Positions 13,354 to 26,805 of a DNA stretch of 64,000 nt are shown piece by piece. The notes under the pieces were generated by a model. That model was not told the origin of the DNA. It ran no database searches and saw nothing but the letters and a program-made list of their open reading frames with translations. The stretch spans positions 14,386,001 through 14,450,000 of the forward strand of contig OZ249436.1 in NCBI GenBank assembly GCA_965235115.1. The letters run 5' to 3'. Made by a program: the position numbers and the translations under genes. This DNA comes from Laetmonice hystrix (taxonomy: Eukaryota). Within the stretch, counting starts at the first letter, position 1; every line of letters begins with the position of its first letter.

Positions 13354-16300
13354 TCAGTCCTCCTCGACCAGCGCCCAGGCCTCCTCAGCCAGAGAGTAGT
13401 ACTTATTGGCCAAGCGTCCCTTCATGGCCTCCATGGCCCCCTCAGCTGCCGCAGTATACATCTCACCTGGTAACCATGACAACAGCATATATCACAACAT
13501 GGTTACAACTCATAAAACTACCATCACAGGGTCTACAGCCTGTTACCCTTACTTATGGCGACATCATACCTAGTGTGATAAGACTGTGGTGAAACAAAAT
13601 TAATAACTAGAGATACTCAAGGGTTTGTGTGGTTTTAGGAATGCCTAGTTATGCCTTACAGTAAAGAAAAAAGTCTTAATAGATTAAAAGTGTTATTAAC
13701 TTACCTGCATAATTAACATCTTTATCAAGGCAATACTCTCCGTTAAGGAACAGTTCGGCTACTTTTGCCTGAAGCATATAGACTGGGTGGTCCATGGTGG
13801 CATCAAACTCTCCACTTCCCTCCGACTTTGATGTTTCAATTGCCTTTTCGTACCACTTGGCAGCCAGATCATGGTTTCTCGATCTGGAGGGTAACATTTC
13901 TCCAATATTATATGCTAGCACCAACATATTACATCAACATTGTACAACCTAGATTCTCTGCACTATTGTCCTGAAGATGAAGACCTAGTATTGGATTTAG
14001 ATACAAGAACTCTCTTGTCTTCTCTCGCTATATTGCCATTTTCCTAATAACTTCAGATTTACTTCAGATATGAAACTTACACTAAGAGTAAATTCTAAAG
14101 CAAATAAGCACTACTCACTTCAGAGTACCAAGTCCAAGGCCAGTTTCGTAAGCTCCAGCTATGTATATCATGGATGCACGATCCCCAGCTTCTGCAGCTA
14201 GCTCCATATACATCACCCCTTTGTTGGTGTTTTCATTGTTTTCCTTAATTACAATCAAAGCCACATACTACATCCGCGATATTTTTACACAGTTAATTTA
14301 TCTTGTTGCACCAGTTGTGAAACATTACAGATGCTAGATCCTCTTTTATTAATTTCTACTAATAGAGAGTACATGTACACCAAACATATCCAATTAAATT
14401 TTGAAATGATTTTTATAGTTTCACTTATCTACTTATCAAGTTACCTCGATGTTGTAGCTTGTGAGCACTTCACGGTGCATGCCCAAGTACAGCCGTGCCA
14501 ATGTAAGCTGGGCCTCAATGACTCCAAGGTTTGCAGCTTGTTCTTCATGAAACAACGCGGCCTCATAGTCAATCTCATTGTCATCCTTGGCAAATCTTCC
14601 CAACTCATGATACTTAGCGATCTCATGGTGGATCTGTCAGAAATTAGAGACAATGCTTTTTTATCATATCATCACACAATTAACTGGTTAATACAAGGCA
14701 AATGTGAGTAGGAATGTTAATGGTTTGTTCATGGTTTTCTCACTGGGACAAATCCTTTTGTCCATTACTATAACAGGGTTAGGTGGCTGTTGGACTGTTT
14801 CACATTTGCCTTATATTAACCAGTAAATCACACAATTACTCCCCCCCCGGTAATACCATGATCACTTTTAACCAGTAAATCACACAATTAATACCACGAT
14901 CACGTTTAACCAGTAAATCACACAATTAATACCATGATCACTTTTAACCAGTAAATCAGACAATTAATACCACGATCACGTTTAACCAGTAAATCACACA
15001 ATTAATACCATGATTACTTTGAGATGGTAACTAACAGACAACATACCTGACCAAGTGTGGAGTCGACTCCCTGCTCTAAGTTGCGGAGGTTGAGGAGATT
15101 GATCTCCGCAGCGATACACGAAGGTCGGTGTGAACGGTTCAGAGCTTCCTGGAACCTGATCCTCTCCTCCTCCTAGAAAAACACATAACAAACCAACTGT
15201 TAGGAATTTCCCCTTCTCAGTGACAATCATACATTTCCATGTACATTTATTTGCAAATAAACATTTTGTAATTATCATTTCAATGCTGTGGTCTCCCAAT
15301 AAATCAGAGCAAAATAGTCAGAAATATTTCACTTGATAAATTGCTGTCTACGAGGGCTCTCAAAGCGCATGTGAAAATATACCAGTATGAAACTTTATGA
15401 CAACAGTAAGAAACTGTTCCTGGAAACTGATGAGGTAAGTTGATAAGGTTCTACTGACGTCTCTTTGAGATCTTAGTTATAACTAGAACTCTTGCTATCA
15501 CTAGACCGTCAGCCTAGTTAAAAGGGGAGGGGGATTTACACTATAACTGGTCAGCACCCAATCCATTAAAACCAGCAATGCAGTAATTATTAGGCAAGTT
15601 CTCAAACAATCAAGCATTTAATGTGAAGCCAAGCATGCACAAAAACAAGTAGGTTTTATGGGCTGAACCTATAATGTCATAGGAACAAATAATTGTAAAA
15701 ATCTCCTTTCTTTTTCACCTCCTTTATCCCCATCACTTACATTGAGCAAATCTGTGGTTCTTGAGAACCCAGTATCTCTAATTGTGCAAAACTTAATTCT
15801 AACAACTTGTACGACTTCTCGATCGTTTTTCTGTGTTCAGTTCGTGCTAGAATTTAGTTTTTTCTTGACACCCAACTAAATATTTCACACAGACGAAAGC
15901 TATTAACAAATAGTTCTTACAATTACATAAACGTTTCGCAGAGGCTCCAACCTCATGAAAGTCAATATCATAAGATCTCCCAACATTAGTTTGTAGGTGT
16001 CGTGAAGCTCTCGTGACCAGTGCATGTGAAGCCAAGGGCAGCCATCTATATATTAATTTATGAGTGTTCACCAAGCGAATAAAGAACAGACCATTCGAGT
16101 AATGGATGGTTAATAGCTACCACACTTCAAAGTGTGCAAATCATCTTGATTAAAAATCCGAGACAGCAGACAGCTAAGTTTTGGGATGTTAAGGGGCTTT
16201 TGAAAATACATTGTTATCTGGAGTTTTCTCCATTCACTGGAAAGGTTGGAGCCTCTAGTTTAGTACGGGGGACACAAACATCCATAGTGTCTTGAATTCA

Positions 16301-19300
16301 GCAGGTGTAACATTGAACATTAAGTAACATTACTCGGTACCTCAAACCTCATTAGAAAAACAGCCACTACATGTACTGTATATTCTTACACCTGGGCATA
16401 AATACTAGTTGCTGGAGCTCCATAAACCACTATGAGTATGTAAATATGGGATCAGCCACCTTTGTGTTATCCTATCCACTTTTATAAACTGTGGCACAAC
16501 ATATTTACAAATATCCAGTTGCAGGGGTCTATCCTGATGAATACTGGTGCACTGCTCAACAGAACCCTTAATGGTAGAAGAGTGAGCTTTTTATACAGAA
16601 CCCGACAGCTTACCATACTTCGGATTTTCTGTTTTTTCTCTCCTAGACACTGGTATTCTTCATCCAACTGGAACATGTGTCACCCTTAGTTATCAGTAAT
16701 AAATTCATGTCAAACCCATGTTACCAAGCTTCCTTGACAGACCCTTACTTCTTTAAAGGATATGCAACCGTTACTAAAAGCATTGTTTTCGTTGATCCCC
16801 TGCCTGAACACCCCAGAACAATGAAAAACTTTTTTTTCCTAACAAAACTGACAAGAACTGAGCCAAAGGTGACTGCGCAAAGTTTACCTGGTACTAAGAT
16901 ATATTGCCTTGCAGTGTGAGCTCTATTCTTGCTAGTATTACATCATAAAACACAAGCAAAGCAACTGATGAAGTTTTTAGACATTCCCAAAATGATTTTG
17001 TAGAAATATACAATGTAAATTGGCTGCAGAAAGTACTCATTTTTAAACCCCCTGTAGACAGAATGATGAAAGACGTACAGGCCTAGGGATGAGAGGACTT
17101 CCTTACCACCCTGATGCATAAGTGTGCTAATGAAGTATTGACATTTTACCGGCTAGACAATAATATTTAGAAAGAGACAAACAGGTTGTTGATCCAATGG
17201 CCTACTAAGCTGCCAAATTTTGGCAAGCCTACGACTAGAGGTAGCCCCTTTTGGCCTCTGTAAATGGCATGTAGGCTAGCAGATATGATGCTTCAATTTA
17301 GCGTCGTCCACAATACCGTCGTAACCAATGGAATAGATTATATACCACTATCTGAAATCCAATTCATTACACAAGTCTTAGGCTGATAAGTAAGTATAGT
17401 CAGTGGCGACCCTGTGGATACAATTAATAATTATCAGATGAGTTTTGGAGCATGGTCATCTTAGTACTCTACCAGCATTGCCACACCCTGTTAATACCTA
17501 GCCTGTTTTAAGAGATGCAGATAAATCAGGTACATCGCACTACTCACCTCTGTGAGATTCAAAGGCTAAACATGAAAATTACCAAATGGTTTCCATTCTT
17601 AATCAAATGTCAATTATCCAAGCTTTTACTCCCTATGCTACCTCAGGTGAAATGGTAATACATTATTTTATATTTTGCACTGTGGTAAAAAAATAAAAAT
17701 CACTGCCCAAAAAGTTAGCATGGTACTATTAGTACTGAATACAGTGGAGACCCGCATATCGACCAGCTCAACTTAACAAGGCTACAAACTCTTAGTTACG
17801 ACCAGTTTGGGTCAGTCCTAAATATACATGTAGGTCATTATTTATCCCATACAGTAACACCAAGTAACCAGGAAAGACTCTGTCCCATAGCTGGTCGGCT
17901 AAGAGGGTTTCCACTGCATATGCATGCTATGGGCATCTTGGGCGAAAGGGCGGAAGGTGTGCACATTAATTGTGGTGTGTGCAAGGCTCTTGTTCAAAAT
18001 CTCTTGGCTTCTTTGAATCAAAGGGAACAAATGTAAATTTTTGTCCAAGAACAAATAAGCAGAGGGCCAGGTACAATCACACTCATCATTCTAAGAAAGG
18101 AGATATGTACAACGGACAGTGAGCCCTCATCATTCTGTAAGCTGCCACATGTCATGGCCTGAAGGAGAGAAGAGTCCATAGTCACTGAGCAGTATAAGTC
18201 AAAGAGTCCATCATCAGAATCACTGTCCCCCACAGAATCTCTATCATTCAAGAACAGGAAAAATGCCTACATGTTCCCTTTATTTAATGTCTGAAGCACA
18301 AGTTTAATATTGTCGACCACAACATATTTGTAGGGACAGAGCCATGCACTTGCTGAAAAATAATTATGGACTGTGATAATCTATGTGAAAGCTTCTAAAA
18401 AGCAACATTCAACTGTCGCTGCTGCACTAGTTGCATTGAGAGGACATTACCACCTAGACTACAAAAAGGACACTGAACAAGACCAATCTACATCTACACA
18501 GCATTAGAGTACACTCAATTGATCTATGTCATAGAGCCTGTAAACACTCCTGGAAATCAACTTGACACTTCTACTCATGTGACCTGGTGTAATATTTGCC
18601 ATGTACCAGATATACTTACTGAAGGACTTCGGAAGGTCGATATGTACCACGACCCATTTGTAAATGGTTCAGTATGCATGCCTTACACTGCCTAACAAGT
18701 GAACTTATACTTCCCTAGGAGGCGCCAATGTATTCATTCTACATCTGACCATCACTGGCAGTTAAGAATTTTACTGACCTCCGTAATAGTGCTTGAGCTA
18801 TCGGATGACTCGCTCTGTAGACGTATGCGTGGTCTCCTGTAAGGTAGTGGAGAATCAGGCGTCACTGGTTCATCATCAAGATCCATATCATCAGCCATGT
18901 CAAAACTAACTGGTGACATCAGCTCTTCTGAGGAAGCTTGGGATGTCTGTGACGCCATCGATGTTGTACGAGAACGACTGCGCATCAGGAAGCCTGTTAG
19001 GTCAGCTCTTTCAATCGGCGACGCACTGTAGCAGTGTTGTTCACTGCCACGCACCTGAGTCACTGCATCTTTCTACAAAACATATTATGATACATTCAAG
19101 AATTTTGTAAAGATACACATACAAAAGCACTCCCTCAATAAAAGTAAAACACACTATAACTGTCCAGTCCATTTTACTGAGGTCAATAATGTGACTATGT
19201 TTCACTCGTAAAACAAAAAATAACTGCTTAAGAAAACTTCAAATCAGGTACCAGTTATCTACAGCATCAAGGTTTGTTGTTTCTCTGTTTACCTGTGCCT

Positions 19301-22300
19301 TGATGAAGGTCACTTGGTTTATTATTTCGGAGGTGGCCAGATCAAACTTGGACAGATGGAGCGACTTGCAGATGGAATTGCAGATGTGTGAATGAAAGAA
19401 GAGTGCCATGCCACGAGTTCCCAGATTGCCATCTCCGTAGCCCTCACCATCAGACGTGTGAATCTGTGGGTCAGTCCACAGGTCACCAACACCCTGCACG
19501 TCGACAACAATCAGGTTGTGACCTGACCTCTCAAAGGTGAAGTGACTGAAGGCCTGGGGTGTCAGACGCAGAGACTCCTCCACAAAGCCTGAGTTTGAAT
19601 TGTACTTGATGTACTTGCCCTCAATGAAGTGCTCAAGGTGATAGAGGGGAGCATCAGGCCGGTTCTTGAATTCCAATGCACACATCTGGAAGATGTCAAC
19701 CTGAAATACACAAATTAATGTCTTGATGTTTTTTTTATAAAACCAAATTGCATCTGACAGCACAAGATAAGCCATCCCAAATTCTAAAGAATTTATTATT
19801 AAAGATTTTTTGCTTCAAGTTTACCTAATGAAAGGCATTTTCTTGGGATGAGATTGGGATTTTTACAGCCAGGGTCGTGTCAAGGTGATCAGTTGGACTG
19901 GCAGACCCAGCAAAATAACTACACCCATTAACTGCAGTAAGTAACTGACACATAATTTTCTAAAAAGGCACAGCTTGTGGTGAGAGGCCACTTTGACTAG
20001 GAGCAAGATATTTTCACCATTGAACCATTGAAGCATGAGGGGAATTTTTGATCAGTCACACTAAACATTCCCTCGCGCAAGAGTAAAAGCACATGTGAAA
20101 TACTCAATTTGTAGCCGTAACGGAACTGCTTCACCTTTTATAACATCCCTGACCTACCAGGGATGTTGACAACACTGGGGTTACCCACCTTTTTTGGTGG
20201 GTTGTGCCTGCTGTATTCCTCCCCCCAAAGTTTGGCATCCATCTGCAGTTTCACATCCTCAAAGTACACATCACGCTCAACATTCTCCATGTATCGCTTT
20301 GCAACATAGTTTGATGCATGGCTCCAGTCCTTTGACCGTGAAAAAGTAGACAGCTTTTTCCTGAAAAAAAGGAGAAAGATGTGAATGATTTTATCACTCT
20401 TTGCATTGCTAGCAAAGGAATTTTATAAATGGGTTGAAATGTTTAGCAATATAATGTTCATTAATTATCCATTAAACCAATTTCACAGTTACGCCATCCA
20501 ACGTAGCATGTTAGCACCTATAAGCAAGAATGGTGGAGTGTAGGATATGCATCTTGGGCTTTGACAATGGTGAAGCAGAATACCGCATTGCCCTCTATGT
20601 GACACTGAGGTGGCCCCGTTGACAACTGCGGGGCGGCTCGGCAGTATCTGTGCGTCCAGAAATTGTGGGATTTGTGACCAAACCTGCCAGGGAATGAGTT
20701 TTGTCTCATTTCCTTGTTTCTTTAATACTAAATTCGGAATTATCTTGGCACTGAAGTCAAGCTGCCGCATTGCTTTGTTTACATCTCTACCTCAGTTGTT
20801 CATAAGGGGCTCTGCGTTTTGACGTCACAAAAAATAACTAACTTGCATATACTACACTCCACTATTCTTGCTATGAGCAGCTAACAATATCGAAGATTAA
20901 AAGTTTTAAAAAATCTAAAATTATTGCTTACAGACGGAAACATGATCTCATTGCTCCATGGTTAAAAGGCTGAAATGTAAATAGAAATAGTGTGATTCAG
21001 CTAAACAGAAGGCATATCTTGTATTGTATGTACTACATGTATAGGGCCTATACAACATTTAATAAATACTAAGTATGCTGGTATGTGGGCCTAAATCGTT
21101 TTGTATGTACATGTGAAACTATGATTGTATTTTAAGTAAAAGGAATAAGACAACATACTGCAGACTCCACTTTGACTTCAACTTCATCTATCACCCATTT
21201 CTTTCTGAGAGCATTGTACCGGTGGCGGGTTACCACCTCTGTGGGCAGTTCATCAATGTTGTAGCACTGCCACGGATCCTCCATGCTCTTCACCTTCTTT
21301 AGAATCCTCATCCAGTTCACCTGAACGGCAAGTTGCACATGTTCAATCAGAAACATAGATACATGTGATGTGTACTTCACACTCTTAGTCAATATCTTGA
21401 TGAAGAATTACTGTACAACATATCTAGTAATTATAACAAATCTTAGTTAGGTATTTAATTTTATTTAAAATTGTTAGCAACCATCAGAAACAACAAATAG
21501 AAGCATGGTGTTGAATGCAACAGCTAATGGGCCATGGCTCCTGCTGCAAAACTGCCGATTTAAGATTTTTTGGTTCATAGCATTTGACTGTCTGGTCTAG
21601 ATTTCATGGAAATTGCCATAAAGTATGAAGGGAGTTCATAAACAGGTCAGTTGGTCAACAAATGTGGTTGTTGACCGACCCAACGTCCTGTAGCAAGGGC
21701 TAGTTCCGCGATTGGTAGGTGCCTTGGACATGACCCAGATCTGCCACTCATGCCTGTCCCAGATATACACCTCCCTGCAGTGGACCGCTGTAAACAAGTT
21801 AGCCCTTTAAACCTGGTTAGGGCACCCTCCCTCCCAGACCGGCTCAGACACCCTCCCTCTCCCACCTACATTGGGCTACCCCTGTTGATGTCAGCACTGG
21901 CTGTCTGACACCATTTCAGCCTGTGGAGGACTAGGACAGAGGTGTACTGCCTGAATAGACCAGGTACATGGCCTCATTGCACTATATCAGCAAGTTAGGA
22001 AACTTTGGCACCATTACCTGCTTAGAGAATCATGCAGGGAGAGGGAACCAGGCTTATGTCAAATACCATGACCAATAACCTCTTAGCTGAAACTGAGTTC
22101 CAGTAATTCTAAACTCAAGGACTCTAATATGACAAATTTGCAGAAGTATTTTATTTCAGTCCTTTTTTCTATTAAACATGTGTTCATACTTTTATTTTTG
22201 CTTGTAAAGTGACAACTTCTCTCAACAATTCCATCTTACCATCTTACATCACATTGCAGTTTATTCTTTTACTCTGCTCTTTTTTTCCAATTAATCTTTC

Positions 22301-23672
22301 TTCCTCAATCTTGATAACCTGCTTAAAGGATCCATACATGCTTTGACATCAACAGTGAGACCATTTTTTTATAGTTTAATCTGTTGGTTATGTGGTATGA
22401 TAAACCTGGGCTTATCACTCTGTAAAAGATATCCTGGCCAAAGGACATCATCTTCATGACAAGTATCACGTATACAAAATCTTACATTTGCACATAGATC
22501 TGTATTATAGAGCTTTCTCTCTCCCTCAACCCCCCCCCCCCCACACACACACACACACTCCTTGATACTCCTCTCTGCCCCCGTTATAAATAGAAGCTAC
22601 TGTGCAGATGCAAGAAGTCTAGATTGATTTGTCCTGTCCTTGGAGTAGGGCTGAAACGATACGTCTTATGAAATATACAAATGATACGATACTTATCACG
22701 ATATTTCTCAATAAAACTAAAAGTGTACTTGCTGAAAGTGAATAAGAATAAAATCCATCCATTTAAATTTCAAACTAATAGCTGAGAGGGGGCATACAGT
22801 GCCTTATACGTGTATTCTTACATAGCCTTCAGGTTTTCCTCAAGAATGCAAGTTTGTCAACATTTTCCGCACTTAAGGCAGAAAGCTGGGCAGTAACAAT
22901 GTCCACAGCAGTGGAGCCCACTCTTTCAGAAGGCATACTAGTTGCAGGTATTCCCAGATATGTCATGACTCATGGCGTATCGTTTTGTATAAATACTTTG
23001 ACATTCATATCGATGTATCAAATATTGGACACAAAATAAGGCGATGCACCGTTATTTCGACAAATCGTTTCAGCCCTACCTTTGAGTATATTAGCAACTG
23101 AAACAAATAAACATACTCATCGTAAAACATGGTTCTAGAATGTTCTTGAGATTTATATAATCTAATGGACTGAACCCCCACACACACACACACACAATCT
23201 GTTTGATGATCTGCACTCATCCCCTCCCTGAGTTTCATCTCTAACTCTGCTGAAAGAGAGAGGATTCTGTCAGGTGACACACATGATGTACATTAAGATA
23301 AATATTCTTCATAACATTCCTTACCTTTACTTTTGGTGACATTGAGTAGCTGCAGTCCTCCTTTGTTGGACTCAGGGGACTTTTTGCCATTGGAATGGGC
23401 TTTGATGGTTTGAAGCCTGCATTGCTAATTGCCTCCAACTTGGATAACTGCGGCAGTGGTGTTCCTGTAAGCAGTGACCTCCGCCTCGCACGACGAGTGA
23501 GCAATGGCTTAAACTCAAACTTATTCTCCTTCTCTTCATTTTCGTCTTCTGTCTCATCATCGTCATCCTCGCCTTTGTTAAAAGCTGGCATGAAGTTGTT
23601 GTCAATATCAGTAAGAGGAATCATAAAGTCTTCCTCCATGTCGACATCGTCAGGGGAATCAGTGTCCGTCAT
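13354..23672 (-). CDS. EEF2K: Eukaryotic elongation factor 2 kinase (alpha-kinase domain plus C-terminal SEL1-like repeats)
   Basis: Minus-strand coding exons 23672-23325, 21320-21159, 20969-20932, 20360-20189, 19700-19293, 19072-18779, 15172-15047, 14633-14445, 14243-14119, 13883-13705 and 13466-13354 (TGA) have consistent phases. Motifs: DPW..RHRYNA, PFNHGAMRSCFR, YVAKRY, EHFIEGKYIKYNSNSGFV, TPQAFSHFTFERSGHNLIVVDVQGVGDLWTDPQIH, GDGNLGTRGMALFFHSHICNSIC, and C-terminal AAEGAMEAMKGRLANKYYSLAEEAW. Confidence 0.95.
14815..15020. repeat. 38-bp minisatellite, about 5 copies, in an eEF2K intron
   Basis: Unit ttaaccagtaaatcacacaattaatacca(c/t)gatcac(g/t)t; accag recurs at 14871, 14909, 14947 and 14985. 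Confidence 0.9.
17742..17916. mobile_element. Degenerate Tc1/mariner-pogo-like MITE
   Basis: Imperfect TIRs ta|cagtggagaccc..cgaccag and ctggtcgg..gggtttccactg. The TA TSD is intact on the left side only. Confidence 0.55.
20509..20886. mobile_element. Element bounded by about 40-bp imperfect inverted repeats (unclassified MITE)
   Basis: Left end tgttagcacctataagcaagaatggtggagtgtaggatatgca; reverse complement of right end tgttagctgctcatagcaagaatagtggagtgtagtatatgca. Confidence 0.65.
22646..23078. mobile_element. hAT-like MITE
   Basis: Perfect TIR tagggctgaaacgat/atcgtttcagcccta, subterminal cgata repeats, and 8-bp TSD ccttggag/cctttgag (7 of 8 match). Confidence 0.8.
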
Positions 23673-25359
23673 CTTGGTGCAGTGGGTGGTGCTGCTGCCG
23701 GCACACTCACTCTATATCAGAGAAACTTGTGCCACAGGCGATGAACATAGGTTTTTCTAAGTTCTCCTTCCACTCACCTGAAATGAAACACCAATTTTGT
23801 AAAAATGGCAAGGGAATTCAATCATGGACTGAAAGTGAAGCAGTATCAGTAAGGTTTTACTTTATATCTGAATGTGTGTACATGTATATCCTCATAACCT
23901 AACTTATGAACCTTGATTTCAGTTTGATGCAAATAAAAGTTAGATTGTGCCCAACCTTTCATTTAAAAAATAAATAATTAAATGAATGAATAGATAAATA
24001 AATGCTGTTCTGATAATAAGGAATACATGTAGTAATGAATGCCACTCTTATATGACGTTTTAACTTGATCCAGTTAACCTTTAACTCAGCCAATTGTTCA
24101 TTGTCAGAGTGCCCCTTTTTTCACAGGCACTCAGTGGCTTCAAGTTCTATAGACTAGCTCACCCTCATCTACAGAAGCTCTCACAATGTAGATCCAATGC
24201 TAATCACACATTTGTGCGCAGTTCCATTATTTTTAGCTATGTAATTATTTACGAGTTGAGGTTCTGTATTACCCAGGGAACCATCACCTGTGATGACAAA
24301 CTAGTCACCAGGAACCGAGACAGTAACATCATTGATTATCTACACCTGCATGTTTGCATGTGAAACCTGGCTTCATTGTGAACTGAACATGCCAAATCCC
24401 CAATCTAAAGTCACATGGAGGAATCCCAGGCACGGACAGCCTGGATCTGGGAGGCTGGAACATCAACTTGATCAAGCTATGCCACCTTATTATCATGCAG
24501 CAAATTTTCGACACTTTCCCAAAGCACTGTTATACACTATGCTTCACATCATGGTTGCAGAGGGTCCATGTGTTCGAGATTGACCGACACTGACAGGTAT
24601 ACCATGGCAGACCTGCAAAAACTGTATACCACATCCCTCTTTATCGTACAGTGCTCAATCTTTTTTCATCCTATTATCCCTTCAGTGTAGTTATTATCCC
24701 AACCATAAAACATATACCAGTAAGTTTAAAAAAAATATATGTAATGCAATTTTTTATTTGCAAACAAGAAGAGACTCTTGCAACAGTAGGCCTACACCCA
24801 CTTTTAAACTGAAGATGATCACTGTACGTTATCACGAGAAATTCATGTCAACCTGATTACCAACATAAATATCTATTATCTCTTGAACATGAAATTATCC
24901 CAATGAGGATTTAAAGATCTATATACATCATTTTGGGAGCACTGCATCACACAATGTAATCTAAGTCTGGTTTCTTCTTTTACTGTGTACAGGAGTGCTG
25001 TATTAAAACCTTCAGTGTTGTAGAAAATACAACCTTCCATACAATGAACGGCAGTATGACATCTTAATGCACGTACGGTACATGTACCTACATTTAGGCT
25101 GCCCTGGATACTAAGTTTCACTCAATGTTTACACAACCTCACGTGATAGCAAAGACTAAAGTCTGGTTTCTTCGTGAGATGACCTTTTAACATCCATTGA
25201 CAAGCACAAATTTCACCATTTGAAATCATCTGTCCCCATTAGGTAATTAACACTGTCTTTTCAGTGAATGTGCTGTCATTCGGATATGGCAGTGGTTATT
25301 GAGCCGGCGTATGGATAGGTCACGAGATGACAATACTGGATTCTTACTGGATGGTGTCT

Positions 25360-25511
25360 GACGGCAGAATAGTGGATTATCTAATAAGTGCCTAATTAAC
25401 AACAATTCTGGGACTAAATTAACACTAACCCTAGGCCTAACCTTAACTCTAACCCAAACTTATTGTTTTGTGTCGGTAATAAGTCAAACTAATTTACTTA
25501 TTCTGCCGTCT
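25360..25511. mobile_element. Small inverted-repeat element with an internal cctaac-type microsatellite
   Basis: Inverted ends gacggcagaata...tattctgccgtc surround ccctaggcctaaccttaactctaacccaaac. Similar ggttag/cctaac cores occur near 37075 and 39670. Confidence 0.5.
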
Positions 25512-26595
25512 GACGGCAGAATTACCACTGCGTTCTGATAGGCCTATGCTGTATAAGAAGATTGTGCAATTCGCAAAATATCTTAGTTTAAACCAGTGAG
25601 GCAAAATTTAAATAAAAAGTGCTATCAGTACAGCTGTATCACGTTGGTTCTCAGTGTGGATGATTACCAGAATTGGATATTAGGACATGGGATAGGACAC
25701 TTTTGCAGTAATGCAACTGACTTTCACGGGCGTTTTTAAATATCTGTGGTCAGCATAGAGTGGTGGAAAGATATTATATAAGCGTCCAGTTGGTGAAAAT
25801 TTGCGTCAGAATTTGGTTAGATGAATGCTGGATTCAGAAAAAAAAGGTAATTGGATCTTTGCGGACCTGATTCTATTGACAACTGCCTAGATCCTAGATC
25901 CAATTAGGTTGTAGAGAAAGTCTACTAGGTTAATATTCCAAACACACTGGTGGCCCATCCTACTTCTGAGAATTTGTTGACAATGCATGCTCCAGCCAAC
26001 AAGCCCAGCCGAATGACTTCCACTCTCTCTAACCAAATCATTCACGTCGGTGACCTGCCAATGTAGCGGCAACAAATCAGTGGCAAGGTAACCGACAGGC
26101 ACATACTTTTCTTCGACTCTGGCTGGTCCCCTCTCCCCCCCCCCCTTTTTTTTCTTTTCTTGCATAACCTAGATATACATTATGCATGTCCTCAAGTCAG
26201 ACTTTTGGTAACAGCACCGGGAGATGTGGAGATACCCCAGACGTCTGTAGTCGTCACGGTGGTGATGGCTGAGGACGATCATCAGGTCACTTGTCGCCTG
26301 AGGCAGTACGTTTACAGCTCACTGATCTCTGCACCCAGCACCTATAGAGCTTACAACCGCTTCACCACGACCACTGCCAGCACAGGATATAATATATATG
26401 GTGCAGTGTAAACCAATATAACAACCCTGTCTTCCATTTACCTGCTTTCTTGCAGGAAGCCCAGCCCTACAAGCCGATACGTTTGTTTTCTGGTAAGGGG
26501 CATTCCTAACCCTGAATATGATTGAGAAATGCACGATATATATATTGTCAGAGTCTCTACAACTTTTCCTTCATTTTATAACCAAATCTTCTACA

Positions 26596-26805
26596 CAGTG
26601 GCGGCGCCAGACCTAAAAATTCATGGGGGCAAAGTGGGGGCAAAGAGAAAATCGGGGGCCAAGGAAATACATGGAGTCGTACACTTTGATCTTTATAATG
26701 GCAGATATAAACTGGAGGGGGCAAACAGGGGGCAGACTAAATTTTTGGGGGAAGTAGGGCATTTGCCCCCCCCCCCCCCCGTGCCCCTCCCCAGCGCCGC
26801 CACTG
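26596..26805. mobile_element. hAT-like MITE
   Basis: TIR cagtggcggcgc/gcgccgccactg and perfect 8-bp TSD cttctaca (26588-26595 and 26806-26813). Confidence 0.85.

Noticed and set aside
18018..18251. Acidic, protein-like ORF in an eEF2K intron (DSVGDSDSDDGLFDLY) and ATGATGA C-box-like motifs
   Set aside because: The nearby AG acceptors do not give the required phase 0, there is no good donor, and no properly placed D box or terminal stem was found.
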